From positions 2,011-66,010 of the forward strand of contig JADIIM010000058.1 in assembly GCA_015351705.1 (NCBI GenBank): 64,000 bases of DNA. The letters are read 5' to 3'. Below, piece after piece: positions 9,736-18,381 of the stretch (the stretch's first letter is position 1; the number at the start of each line of letters is the position of its first letter). The notes under the pieces are model-generated. The model did not search any database, was not told the DNA's origin, and saw nothing but the letters and a program-made list of their open reading frames with translations. Made by a program: the position numbers and the translations under genes. This DNA comes from Aeromicrobium sp. (lineage in GTDB: Bacteria > Actinomycetota > Coriobacteriia > Anaerosomatales > Anaerosomataceae).

Positions 9736-10842
9736 GTGTCAGAGACGATCCGCAGGACCCCGCTTCACGATGAGCATGTGGCGCTCGGCGGGCGGATGGT
9801 GGATTTCGCCGGCTGGCGCATGCCTGTGCAGTATGCGGGCATCATCGAGGAGCACACCGCCGTCCGGACGGGGGCGGGGGTCTTCGATGTGTCCCACATG
9901 GGCGAGTTCCGCGTGTTCGGGACTGGGGCCAAGGCTGCGCTACAGCGTTTGATCACCAACGACCTGGACCGCATCGACGAGATGGGCAAAGCGCTCTATA
10001 CCGTGATGTGCGACGAGGACGCCGGCATCATCGACGACCTCATCGTCTATCACACGGGCGACCTGGAGTACCTGATCGTCGTCAACGCTGCCAACCGGGA
10101 GACCGACTGGGACTGGATCTCATCGCGTATGCCCGATGACGTGGAGCTCGCAGACGAGAGCGATCGCACGGCGCTCATCGCGTTGCAGGGCCCCGACGCG
10201 CTGCGGATCGCCGGCGAGCTTGCGGGGGAGGGGTGGACGGCGCCGGAGCGGTTCGCCATCGGCGAGGCGGTGTTCAGCACGGTGCCCGTGCTCGTCGCGC
10301 GCACCGGGTACACCGGCGAGGACGGGATCGAGCTGTTCTGCCACGCATCGAACGCATCGGCGCTGTGGCGCGCGCTGCTGAGTTTCGAGGAGGTGGCCCC
10401 CTGCGGCCTGGGCGCACGCGACACCCTGCGGCTTGAGATGGGCTACCCGCTGTACGGAAGCGACATGGACCGCGGGGTCGACCCGATCTCGGCCCGGCTC
10501 GGCTGGGTCGTCCCGAAAGAGAAGACGGGCTACATCGGCGAGGCGGCGATCGCTCGCATCCGCCAGGCCGGACCCGAGCGGACGCTTGTCGGACTGACCG
10601 TCTCCGAGGGCGTGCCGCGGCACGGTCACACCGTATTGCACGGGGGGGACGAGGTCGGTAAGGTGGCAAGCGGCACGTTCTCCCCGACACTCGGCCATGG
10701 CATCGCGACCGCGTACGTTCCTGCGGCGCTTGCCGAGCCGGGGACCGGGCTGGAGATCGCCATCAGGCGCAAGGTCGTTCGGGCGGTCGTGACGAGGCCG
10801 CCGTTCGTCAAGGAGACGTCGCTTACGACCGGACGGTCGTGA
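9736..10842 (+). CDS. gcvT: Glycine cleavage system T protein (aminomethyltransferase)
   Basis: Sequence RRTPLHDEHVALGGRMVDFAGWRMPVQY..GVFDVSHMGEF. A GAGGAG RBS precedes the GTG start. gcvH follows. Confidence 0.95.
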   Translation: MSETIRRTPLHDEHVALGGRMVDFAGWRMPVQYAGIIEEHTAVRTGAGVFDVSHMGEFRVFGTGAKAALQRLITNDLDRIDEMGKALYTVMCDEDAGIIDDLIVYHTGDLEYLIVVNAANRETDWDWISSRMPDDVELADESDRTALIALQGPDALRIAGELAGEGWTAPERFAIGEAVFSTVPVLVARTGYTGEDGIELFCHASNASALWRALLSFEEVAPCGLGARDTLRLEMGYPLYGSDMDRGVDPISARLGWVVPKEKTGYIGEAAIARIRQAGPERTLVGLTVSEGVPRHGHTVLHGGDEVGKVASGTFSPTLGHGIATAYVPAALAEPGTGLEIAIRRKVVRAVVTRPPFVKETSLTTGRS

Positions 10843-10870
10843 GCGCCCGCATCGGAAGGAGCCCCCGGAG

Positions 10871-11254
10871 ATGTATCCCAACGATCTGAAGTACGACCGT
10901 GAGCACGAGTGGGTCCGTGTCGATGGCGATCTCGCGATCATCGGCATCTCGCACTTCGCACAAGACCAACTCGGCGAGGTCGTGTATGTCGACCTGTCCA
11001 GCGCGTCGGGCACGATCGCTGCCGGCGACTCCTTCGGCGAGGTCGAATCGGTCAAGTCCGTCTCCGAGCTGTTCTGCCCCGTCTCAGGTGAGATCGCCGA
11101 GGTCAACGCGGCGCTCGAGGACGCACCGGAGACCGTCAACGAGGACCCGTACGGTGACGGCTGGATGATCAAGGTCAAGCTCTCCGACCCCGCCGAGGTC
11201 GATGGCCTCATGGATGCGGCGGCCTACGAGGCGTTCCTGTCCGAGGAAGCCTAG
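10871..11254 (+). CDS. gcvH: Glycine cleavage system H protein (lipoyl carrier)
   Basis: YDREHEWVRVDG..ISHFAQDQLGEVVYVDL and the lipoyl-lysine motif EVESVKSVSEL. Confidence 0.95.
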   Translation: MYPNDLKYDREHEWVRVDGDLAIIGISHFAQDQLGEVVYVDLSSASGTIAAGDSFGEVESVKSVSELFCPVSGEIAEVNAALEDAPETVNEDPYGDGWMIKVKLSDPAEVDGLMDAAAYEAFLSEEA

Positions 11255-11257
11255 GGC

Positions 11258-12595
11258 ATGCGTTTCATCCCGGTGACCTGCGAGGAGCAGGTCGAGATGC
11301 TGGCGCGCGTCGGCGTCACGTCTGCCGACGACCTGTTCTCCCATGTGCCCGAGGCCGCACGCCTGTCACGGCCGCTCGCTCTGCCGGCGCCGGTGGGTGA
11401 GGTCGACCTCGCCGCACACGTGAGCGCGCTCGCGGGCAGGAACGTGGATGCCGGACGCGTCGTGTCGTTCCTCGGCGGCGGGTGCTACGACCACTACGTC
11501 CCCGCGATCGTGGACGCGGTCGTGAGCAAGCCTGCGTTCTTCACCGCCTACACCCCGTATCAGCCCGAGGTGAGCCAGGGCACGCTGCAGGCGATCTACG
11601 AGTACCAGTCGATGATCTGCCAGCTCACGGGGATGGACGTGTCCAACGCTTCGATGTATGACGGCGCGACCGCGTTCGCCGAGGCGGCGCTGATGGCCTC
11701 CCGCGTCACGAAGCGGCATCGGGTCGTCGTCTCCGGTGCGGTGCATCCCGAATGGCGCGAGACACTTGCCACGTACGTGGAGGCGGGCGTGCTTGAGGTT
11801 ACGACGGTCCCGTCGGTTGCGGGCGTCTCAGACGCGGACGCGGTCGCCTCGGCGGTCGGTGATGACGTGGCCGCGGTCATGGTCACGTCGCCGACCTTCT
11901 ACGGCACGCTCGAGGACCTTGCCGGTCTCGGCGTCTGTGCGCATGACGCCGGGGCGCTACTCGTGGTAGGCACCAACCCCATCCTCCTCGGCGTCATGGA
12001 GCCGCCGTCGGTGTACGGCGCCGACATCGTCGTGGCCGAAGGGCAGCCGCTCGGCAGTCCGATGTCGTTCGGCGGGCCGGGACTCGGCGTGTTCGCCTGC
12101 CGGCAGCAGCACATCCGGCAGATGCCGGGACGTGTGGCCGGACGCACCACCGACGTGGACGGCCGGACCGGGTTCGTCCTGACGTTCTCCACACGCGAGC
12201 AGCACATCCGCCGAGAGAAGGCCACGTCCAACATCTGCTCCAACCATGCGTTGAACGCGCTTGCGGCCGGGGTGTATCTCGCCGCCGTGGGGCGCGAGGG
12301 GCTCGCCGGTATCGGGGAGGCGTGCGTGGCCAAAGCCCGCTACCTCGCTGACGCGCTCGTCGCGACCGGTCGGTTCGCGCACGCCTTCGACGCGCCGTTC
12401 GCGCACGAGTTCACGCTGCGGTACCACGGTGACGTCGCGGACATGCAGCGCAGCCTGCTCGGCCGCGGGTTCCTAGCCGGGCTGGATCTGGGACGCTTCT
12501 CGGCATCCGACGCCGGTCTTGTCCTGTTCGCTGTCACCGAGAAGCGCACCCGCCCGCAACTCGACGCGTTCGTGGAGGAGGTGAGCGCGCTGTGA
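11258..12595 (+). CDS. gcvPA: Glycine dehydrogenase (decarboxylating) subunit 1
   Basis: Split P-protein N-terminal subunit (445 aa). Contains TPYQPEVSQGTLQAIYEYQSMI. Overlaps gcvPB by 4 nt. Confidence 0.95.
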   Translation: MRFIPVTCEEQVEMLARVGVTSADDLFSHVPEAARLSRPLALPAPVGEVDLAAHVSALAGRNVDAGRVVSFLGGGCYDHYVPAIVDAVVSKPAFFTAYTPYQPEVSQGTLQAIYEYQSMICQLTGMDVSNASMYDGATAFAEAALMASRVTKRHRVVVSGAVHPEWRETLATYVEAGVLEVTTVPSVAGVSDADAVASAVGDDVAAVMVTSPTFYGTLEDLAGLGVCAHDAGALLVVGTNPILLGVMEPPSVYGADIVVAEGQPLGSPMSFGGPGLGVFACRQQHIRQMPGRVAGRTTDVDGRTGFVLTFSTREQHIRREKATSNICSNHALNALAAGVYLAAVGREGLAGIGEACVAKARYLADALVATGRFAHAFDAPFAHEFTLRYHGDVADMQRSLLGRGFLAGLDLGRFSASDAGLVLFAVTEKRTRPQLDAFVEEVSAL

Positions 12596-14088
12596 GCACG
12601 ACCGATCCGGTCCGCGAGCCGCTCACCGGCACGCTCATCTTCGAGCGCGGCGCGCTCGAGTCGCGGTGTGTCGAGGCACCGGTCCTCGATGTGCCGCCCG
12701 TCTCGCTCGGCGAGGTACTCGGTGGACAGGCGCGCACGGCGCCGCCGGTCCTGCCGCACGTGACCGAGGTGGAGATCGCGCGGCACTACGAGCATCTGGC
12801 AAGCGCCAACTTCGGCGTCGACAGTGGGTTCTACCCGCTCGGCAGCTGCACGATGAAGTACAACCCGAAGGTCGACGAGTGGGCGTGCCGCCTGCCGGGC
12901 TTCGCCGGGATCCACCCGTATCAGGCCGAGGAGACCGTGCAGGGGGCTCTTGAGCTCATGTGGGGGCTCCAGGAGGCGCTCGCCGAGGTCTCAGGACTGA
13001 CGGCGGTTACCCTGCAACCGGCGGCCGGCGCGCACGGTGAACTCACCGGCCTGCTTGCGATCCGTGCGTACCACACGGCCAATGGAGACCCGCGTCGCCG
13101 GGTGCTCGTGCCGGACTCCGCGCACGGCACGAACCCCGCCACGGTCGCCATGTGCGGCTACGAGGTCGCCCAGGTGCCGAGTGATGGGCGCGGTGGCGTG
13201 GACCTCGAGGCGCTCACGCGTCTGCTTGACACCGACGTCGCGGCGATCATGCTCACGAACCCCAACACGCTCGGTCTGTTCGACGAGAACATCCTGGCCA
13301 TCACCGAGGCGGTGCACGCTGTCGGCGCGCTCGCGTACTGCGACGGGGCCAACCTGAACGCGATCCTCGGCAAGAGCCGTCCCGGCGATGCCGGCTTCGA
13401 CGTCATGCACATCAACCTGCACAAGACGTTCGGGACGCCGCATGGCGGCGGTGGTCCGGGGGCCGGGCCGGTGGCGGTGACCGAGGCACTTGCGGCGTAC
13501 CTTCCCGGACCGGTCGTCGTGCGCGACGATGTCGGCGCGTTCACCCTGAGAACACCTGAGCGTTCGATCGGCCGGGTACGCTCGTTCCTCGGCAACTTCG
13601 GCATCTTGGTGCGCGCCTACACCTACATCCGCGCACTCGGCGGCAGTGGTCTGACCGCCGTCGCCGAGCAAGCTGTGCTCTCGGCGAACTACGTCAAGGA
13701 ACTGATGCGCGACAGCGCCTGGGACATCGCCTACGACCGCACGTGCATGCATGAGTTCGTGCTGTCCGGCGGACGGTTGCGCAAGGAGACGGGTGTGCGC
13801 ACGCTTGACGTGGCCAAGCGTCTGCTCGACCACGGCGTCCACCCGCCCACGGTCTACTTCCCGCTGATAGTCGACGAGGCGCTGATGATCGAGCCCACGG
13901 AGACGGAGGGCAAAGCCACGCTGGACGGCTTCGCGGCGGTGCTTCGGGCGATCGCCGAGGAGGCGTTGGCCGATCCCGGCCTGCTGCAGTCGGCGCCGTA
14001 CACCACGCCGGTCCGCCGGCTTGATGAGGCGGGCGCCGTCAAGAGCCCCGATCTCGCATGGCGGCCCAGGGGGGACGTGGACGCGTAG
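12592..14088 (+). CDS. gcvPB: Glycine dehydrogenase (decarboxylating) subunit 2
   Basis: PLP-lysine context MHINLHKTFGTPHGGGGPG. Length 498 aa. Confidence 0.95.
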   Translation: MSTTDPVREPLTGTLIFERGALESRCVEAPVLDVPPVSLGEVLGGQARTAPPVLPHVTEVEIARHYEHLASANFGVDSGFYPLGSCTMKYNPKVDEWACRLPGFAGIHPYQAEETVQGALELMWGLQEALAEVSGLTAVTLQPAAGAHGELTGLLAIRAYHTANGDPRRRVLVPDSAHGTNPATVAMCGYEVAQVPSDGRGGVDLEALTRLLDTDVAAIMLTNPNTLGLFDENILAITEAVHAVGALAYCDGANLNAILGKSRPGDAGFDVMHINLHKTFGTPHGGGGPGAGPVAVTEALAAYLPGPVVVRDDVGAFTLRTPERSIGRVRSFLGNFGILVRAYTYIRALGGSGLTAVAEQAVLSANYVKELMRDSAWDIAYDRTCMHEFVLSGGRLRKETGVRTLDVAKRLLDHGVHPPTVYFPLIVDEALMIEPTETEGKATLDGFAAVLRAIAEEALADPGLLQSAPYTTPVRRLDEAGAVKSPDLAWRPRGDVDA

Positions 14089-14089
14089 G

Positions 14090-14893
14090 GTGGCCACCTG
14101 GCGGCTGATCATCGATGAACCGGCCGACGGCGCCTGGAACATGGCCGTCGACCGGGCCATCCTTGAGGCGCACGAGGCGGGCGTGGCGGCGCCCACGCTC
14201 AGGCTCTATCGGTGGGACCGGCCGACCGTGTCCCTCGGCCGGTTCCAGGACGTTGCCGACGTGGACCGCGCGTACTGTGATGAGCACGCCATCGGGCTGT
14301 GTCGACGCCCCACCGGCGGACGCGGCGTCCTGCATGATGACGAGCTCACGTACGCCATCGTCGCCGGCGTGCGCGACGGGATCCCGCGCGGCGTGACCGC
14401 CAGCTACCGCATCCTGTGCGGAGCGCTCGCCGCGGCATATCGGAGTCTCGACGTCCCGGCCGAGCTGACGTCACGGCCCCGGGGGCACCGCGCATCCGGG
14501 GCCTGCTACCTCCACGCGACGCCGGCAGACCTTTCATTCGGTGCTGCGAAGCTGTCCGGAAGCGCGCAGGTGTGGAAGGGTGACTCGTGTCTGCAGCACG
14601 GGTCGTTCGTGGTGTCGCGTGACGACGTGCGTGAGGCCGCCGTCTTCGGGCTGGAGACGGCGGAGTCGGAGTGCCTGCGCGCCACGACAGCGACCATCGA
14701 GCGGGTCACCGGTGCCCGCCCCGAGATCGAGGCGGTCGCATCGGCGGTCTGCTCGGCGGTAGCCGAGGTACTCGACGTGCGCCTCGAGCCAGGGGAGTTG
14801 ACGGCGTGTGAACGCGAACGGGCCAGCGGCCTCAGGGAATCGTTCGAGGTCGAGTCGAGGTCGACATCGGGTCGGAACACGGGGTCCGTCTGA
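14090..14893 (+). CDS. Lipoate-protein ligase family protein, LipM/LipL-like octanoyl/lipoyl transferase (BPL/LPL catalytic domain)
   Basis: ORF 14021..14893 trimmed to the GTG at 14090, 2 nt after the gcvPB stop. Motifs: WNMAVDRAILEA, LRLYRWDRPTVSLGRFQ, and a Cys/Lys pair in GACYLHATPADLSFGAAKLSGSAQ..LQHGS. The length of about 267 aa fits LipM/LipL rather than full LplA. Confidence 0.8.
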   Translation: MATWRLIIDEPADGAWNMAVDRAILEAHEAGVAAPTLRLYRWDRPTVSLGRFQDVADVDRAYCDEHAIGLCRRPTGGRGVLHDDELTYAIVAGVRDGIPRGVTASYRILCGALAAAYRSLDVPAELTSRPRGHRASGACYLHATPADLSFGAAKLSGSAQVWKGDSCLQHGSFVVSRDDVREAAVFGLETAESECLRATTATIERVTGARPEIEAVASAVCSAVAEVLDVRLEPGELTACERERASGLRESFEVESRSTSGRNTGSV

Positions 14894-14899
14894 TACAAT
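14891..14899 (+). promoter_or_regulatory. Candidate extended -10 promoter element TGATACAAT for the RsiG-like gene
   Basis: TGnTACAAT lies 50 nt upstream of the ATG at 14949. The same TGnTAC(A/C)AT form recurs at 19603-19611 and, on the opposite strand, at 19573-19581. Confidence 0.4.
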
Positions 14900-14948
14900 G
14901 AGCAGCGGACTGTAGGCCGCGTGCGTCGTTGATCGGAGGGGCTCGGCG

Positions 14949-15263
14949 ATGGAACATCACGCTGGGGAAGACGGCCTGATCGATCTGCATCAGCGCTCCA
15001 TACAGGAACTCCGTGAACTGCTCGATGAGCTGTACGCCGAAGAGCAGAAGGTGAGCTACAGGCGCCGCGTTCTTCACGGCAAGATCGACATCATGCGCGC
15101 GGAGCTCGTGCGTCGGCTGAAAGAGGACCGCGAGGCCGGCAAGGACGTCGTCTCCGGTGGCGACATCGAGCAGCTGATCGAGATCCTCGCCAACGACCTG
15201 CGAGGTGTGTCGCGCATCGACGTCACGGCTGATGATGCTGATGAGGACGACGCGCAGGACTGA
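14949..15263 (+). CDS. Small helical protein with RsiG-like c-di-GMP-binding signature (candidate anti-sigma factor)
   Basis: 104 aa. AEEQKVSYRRRVLHGKIDIMRAEL contains E32-x3-S36-x2-R39-x3-H43-x3-D47. The RsiG signature is E-x3-S-x2-R-x3-Q-x3-D. The C-terminal tail is acidic. A GGAGGGG RBS is present. Confidence 0.6.
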   Translation: MEHHAGEDGLIDLHQRSIQELRELLDELYAEEQKVSYRRRVLHGKIDIMRAELVRRLKEDREAGKDVVSGGDIEQLIEILANDLRGVSRIDVTADDADEDDAQD

Positions 15264-15308
15264 CGTGGGAACCGGGCACCGCGGTGCCCGTCTGACAAGG
15301 AGGCGTTC

Positions 15309-15569
15309 GTGCCGGGAATCGCAGAGAAGATCCACGAGTTCCTGAACGAGATCGCGATCGACGCGGTCGAGGAGCGGGTCGTCGAGTACGTGATCCGCGA
15401 GGTGCACAACGGGCGCAAGCTCACCGACGCGCTCAAGGACCCCTACGTGAAGAACCGGCTGAGCGAGGAGCGCCTGGCCAAGGTGCTTGAGAACCCCGAG
15501 ATCTTCACCGCGCTCGAGGAGCAGATCACCGAATCGTTCAAGACGCGGGAGTTCGGTTTCCTCGACTGA
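15309..15569 (+). CDS. Hypothetical protein (86 aa, helical, no recognised motif)
   Basis: The GTG at 15309 lies 7 nt after AGGAGG. Codon third positions are G/C-rich like neighbouring genes. A GC hairpin at 15273-15290 separates it from the upstream gene. Confidence 0.55.
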   Translation: MPGIAEKIHEFLNEIAIDAVEERVVEYVIREVHNGRKLTDALKDPYVKNRLSEERLAKVLENPEIFTALEEQITESFKTREFGFLD

Positions 15570-15611
15570 GGTCACACACGCTGTCCGCCCGCTGTCCGGG
15601 AGATGGTGACC

Positions 15612-16064
15612 ATGGACGTCTGCCCGTCATGTGATGCCCCGGTCGTCCCGGGTGCCACGGTGTGTGCCGAGTGCGGCGCGCACCTGGAGGGCTCCACCGC
15701 GTCCTTTGAGGTCGTCGGCGGCGGGGTCGAGGCGCCCCAGGCCGGTGAGTTCCGCGTCGGAGAGGTGCCGGTCCTCATCGTCGGCAAAGGTGCCGAGGTG
15801 GGGGAGCGCTTCTATCTCGAGAGGCCTGAGATAACCATCGGCCGCGATCCGGAGAGTGACATCTTCCTGAACGACGTCACCGTTTCGCGCAAGCACGCCC
15901 GGCTCCTGGTCGCCGAGGGCGTCGTCACCATCGAGGACGCGGGTTCGCTCAACGGGACGTACATCAACGATCTCCGGGTGGACACGGCCGTGCTCGGAAG
16001 CGGCGACGCGGTCCAGATCGGGCGGTTCCGGATGGTCTTCCTGCCGGGCGGGGAGGGGGCCTAG
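15612..16064 (+). CDS. Zinc-ribbon + FHA domain protein
   Basis: Zinc ribbon CPSCDAPVVPGATVCAECGAHL, then an FHA core ITIGRDPESDIFLNDVTVSRKHARLL..GSLNGTYIND. An alternative ATG lies at 15603. Confidence 0.85.
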   Translation: MDVCPSCDAPVVPGATVCAECGAHLEGSTASFEVVGGGVEAPQAGEFRVGEVPVLIVGKGAEVGERFYLERPEITIGRDPESDIFLNDVTVSRKHARLLVAEGVVTIEDAGSLNGTYINDLRVDTAVLGSGDAVQIGRFRMVFLPGGEGA

Positions 16065-16775
16065 ATGGCTCCGCGGACGCGCGACTACCTTACCATCGGC
16101 GAGGTCGTCGAGAAGCTGCGTACTTCGTTCTCGGATCTCACGATCTCCAAGGTGCGGTACCTCGAGGACGAGGGCCTCATCACGCCTGACCGCACGCCCG
16201 GCGGCTACCGGACCTTCCGTCCTGCCGATGTGCAGCGGCTGGAACTCATCTTGCGCCTTCAGCGCGACCACTTCATGCCGCTCGCGGTCATCCGCGAGAA
16301 ACTCGACGACTTCGACAAGGGCAAGCTTCCGCCGGAAATCAGGCCCGCGATAGAGCATGCCGAGGTGATGTCGCTTCCGCTGGAGCAGGCCGAGACCGTC
16401 CCGGTCGACCGCGCGCCAGACATGATCGGTCTGCCCTCGGCGTTCATCCGGGAGCTCGCCTCGTTCGGCGTCATCGGGCTGGTCGAGGGAGAGCGGGGCG
16501 AGGAGTTGCTCGGACCGGATGTGGCGATAGCCCACACGTGCTGGGAGCTCCGGCGGTTTGGTATCGAGCCGCGGCACGTGCGGATGTACGAGACGTTCGC
16601 GGAGCGGGAGGCCGCCTTCTTCCAGCAGATCCTGATGCCCGCGATGCGTCACCGTACTCCGGAGGCGCGTCAGAAGCTCGTCGAGACGCTCGGCGAGCTC
16701 ATGCGACAGACCGGGGAGCTCAAGGAGCACATGACCCGTCGGGCGGTTGCGAAGTTGTTCGAGGACGTCACCTGA
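16065..16775 (+). CDS. MerR-family transcriptional regulator (FtsR-like position next to the FHA gene)
   Basis: MerR HTH: YLTIGEVVEKL..ISKVRYLEDEGLITPDRTPGGYRTFRPADVQRLELILRLQRD. The ATG abuts the FHA stop. Confidence 0.85.
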   Translation: MAPRTRDYLTIGEVVEKLRTSFSDLTISKVRYLEDEGLITPDRTPGGYRTFRPADVQRLELILRLQRDHFMPLAVIREKLDDFDKGKLPPEIRPAIEHAEVMSLPLEQAETVPVDRAPDMIGLPSAFIRELASFGVIGLVEGERGEELLGPDVAIAHTCWELRRFGIEPRHVRMYETFAEREAAFFQQILMPAMRHRTPEARQKLVETLGELMRQTGELKEHMTRRAVAKLFEDVT

Positions 16776-16780
16776 GCACG

Positions 16781-17227
16781 ATGACTGACGAGTCGTTCGA
16801 GCATATCGGCGAGGAGCTTCCGGTCTCGGACAAGGTCGCCACGACGCCGTTCGCACATCCCAGCGAGCGTGTCGCCGCGCAGATCCTGGACTTCTATCGC
16901 ATCGCGTGGGACTACGAACCCGACACGTTCCCGCTGGAATGGGACAAGCAGGGCAACGTGCTCGCCTCATTCTCCCCGGACTTCTACTTGCCGGAGTTCG
17001 ATCTGTACATCGAGCTCACGACGATGAGCCAGAAGCTCGTGACCAAGAAGAACCGGAAGGTCAGGCGCCTGAAGGAGTTGTACCCGGACATCTCGATCAA
17101 GGTCTTGTACCAGCGGGATTTTCGTAAGCTCCTGTTCAAGTACGGCATCCCGGTGGCCGAGCAGGAGCACCGCGATGGCGGCGGTCTGGCCGCTGGGTCC
17201 ACAGGCGCGCCGGAGGGCGGTTCATGA
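16781..17227 (+). CDS. Hypothetical protein, possible PD-(D/E)XK nuclease-fold
   Basis: ORF 16538..17227 trimmed to the ATG at 16781. SFSPDFYLPEFDLYIELTT followed by KLVTKKNRKVRRLKELYP resembles the xPDF..(I/V)E(V/L)K core of TnsA/VRR-NUC-like nucleases, with Thr in place of Lys. Overlaps the hpt start by 4 nt. Confidence 0.5.
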   Translation: MTDESFEHIGEELPVSDKVATTPFAHPSERVAAQILDFYRIAWDYEPDTFPLEWDKQGNVLASFSPDFYLPEFDLYIELTTMSQKLVTKKNRKVRRLKELYPDISIKVLYQRDFRKLLFKYGIPVAEQEHRDGGGLAAGSTGAPEGGS

Positions 17228-17775
17228 CACTCAGGCTGCCCGATCCCCGGATGGAGCGGGTCCTGCTCACCGAGTCGCAGATTGATGCGGTGGTAGGTGA
17301 GCTGGCCGATCAGGTCGCTGCCGATTACTCCGGACGGGATCCCGTTCTGGTGACGGTGCTGCGCGGCGGCCTGTTCTTCCTGTCGGACCTCTGCCGCCGG
17401 ATCGACCTGCCGCTTACCGTCGACTTCATGGCGGTGACTTCCTACGGGCCCGGTGCCGCCGGTTCGGTCCGTATCACCAAGGACCTCGACGACCCGGTGG
17501 AAGGTCGTGACGTGCTCGTGGTCGAGGACATCATCGACACCGGACTTACGCTCAACTACCTTCTGCGAGTCCTCAGGCAACGCCGTCCCGCGAGTCTTGC
17601 GGTGTGCACGCTGCTCGACAAGGACGTACGACGACTTGTCGACCTGCCGATCGTTTACCGGGGCTTCTCGGTGCCCGACCGGTTCCTGGTCGGTTACGGC
17701 CTCGATCTCGAGGGCCAGTGGCGCGAACTGCCCTACGTCGCGACGCTCAAGGACGAGATCTGGGAGCGCGGCTGA
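17224..17775 (+). CDS. hpt: Hypoxanthine-guanine phosphoribosyltransferase
   Basis: PRPP loop VLVVEDIIDTGLTLNYL. Length 183 aa. Confidence 0.93.
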   Translation: MTLRLPDPRMERVLLTESQIDAVVGELADQVAADYSGRDPVLVTVLRGGLFFLSDLCRRIDLPLTVDFMAVTSYGPGAAGSVRITKDLDDPVEGRDVLVVEDIIDTGLTLNYLLRVLRQRRPASLAVCTLLDKDVRRLVDLPIVYRGFSVPDRFLVGYGLDLEGQWRELPYVATLKDEIWERG

Positions 17776-17847
17776 CGGCGGTGTCCGTGGCGCGAGCGGC
17801 CCGGTGGCGGTACCCTACGGAGCGGAACCTACGACAAGGAGCACACC

Positions 17848-18363
17848 GTGGATCTCGAACAGTACATCAGGGACATCCGTGACTTCCCCAAAGAGGGCAT
17901 CGTGTTCAAGGACATCACACCGCTTCTGGCCAGCCCGGAAGGCTTCAAGGGCGCGATCGACACCATCACGGCCGAGTACGCCGACAAGGGCGTGTCGAAG
18001 GTCATGGGCGCCGAGGCACGGGGCTTCATCTTCGGCGGGGCGCTCGCGTACCAGCTCGGTGCCGGGTTCGTGCCGGCGCGCAAGCCGGGCAAGCTGCCCT
18101 CGGCCACCACGTCACACACCTACGAACTCGAGTACGGGACCGACGCGCTCGAGGTCCACACCGACGCCTTCGGCCCCGGAGACCGCGTGCTGATCGTCGA
18201 TGACGTTCTGGCCACCGGCGGCACCGCCGCAGCCAAGGCCGCGCTCGTCGAGAAGATGGGCGCCACGGTCGTTGGGTTTGCGTTCCTCATCGAGCTCGAC
18301 TTCCTTCGCGGGCGGGAGAAGCTCGGCGGAGCGAACATCGTCTCGCTCATACACGTCGTGTAG
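17848..18363 (+). CDS. apt: Adenine phosphoribosyltransferase
   Basis: IRDFPKEGIVFKDITPLL and VLIVDDVLATGGTA. An AAGGAG RBS precedes the GTG start. Confidence 0.93.
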   Translation: MDLEQYIRDIRDFPKEGIVFKDITPLLASPEGFKGAIDTITAEYADKGVSKVMGAEARGFIFGGALAYQLGAGFVPARKPGKLPSATTSHTYELEYGTDALEVHTDAFGPGDRVLIVDDVLATGGTAAAKAALVEKMGATVVGFAFLIELDFLRGREKLGGANIVSLIHVV

Positions 18364-18381
18364 CGGCGCGCCCTCCGGGGG

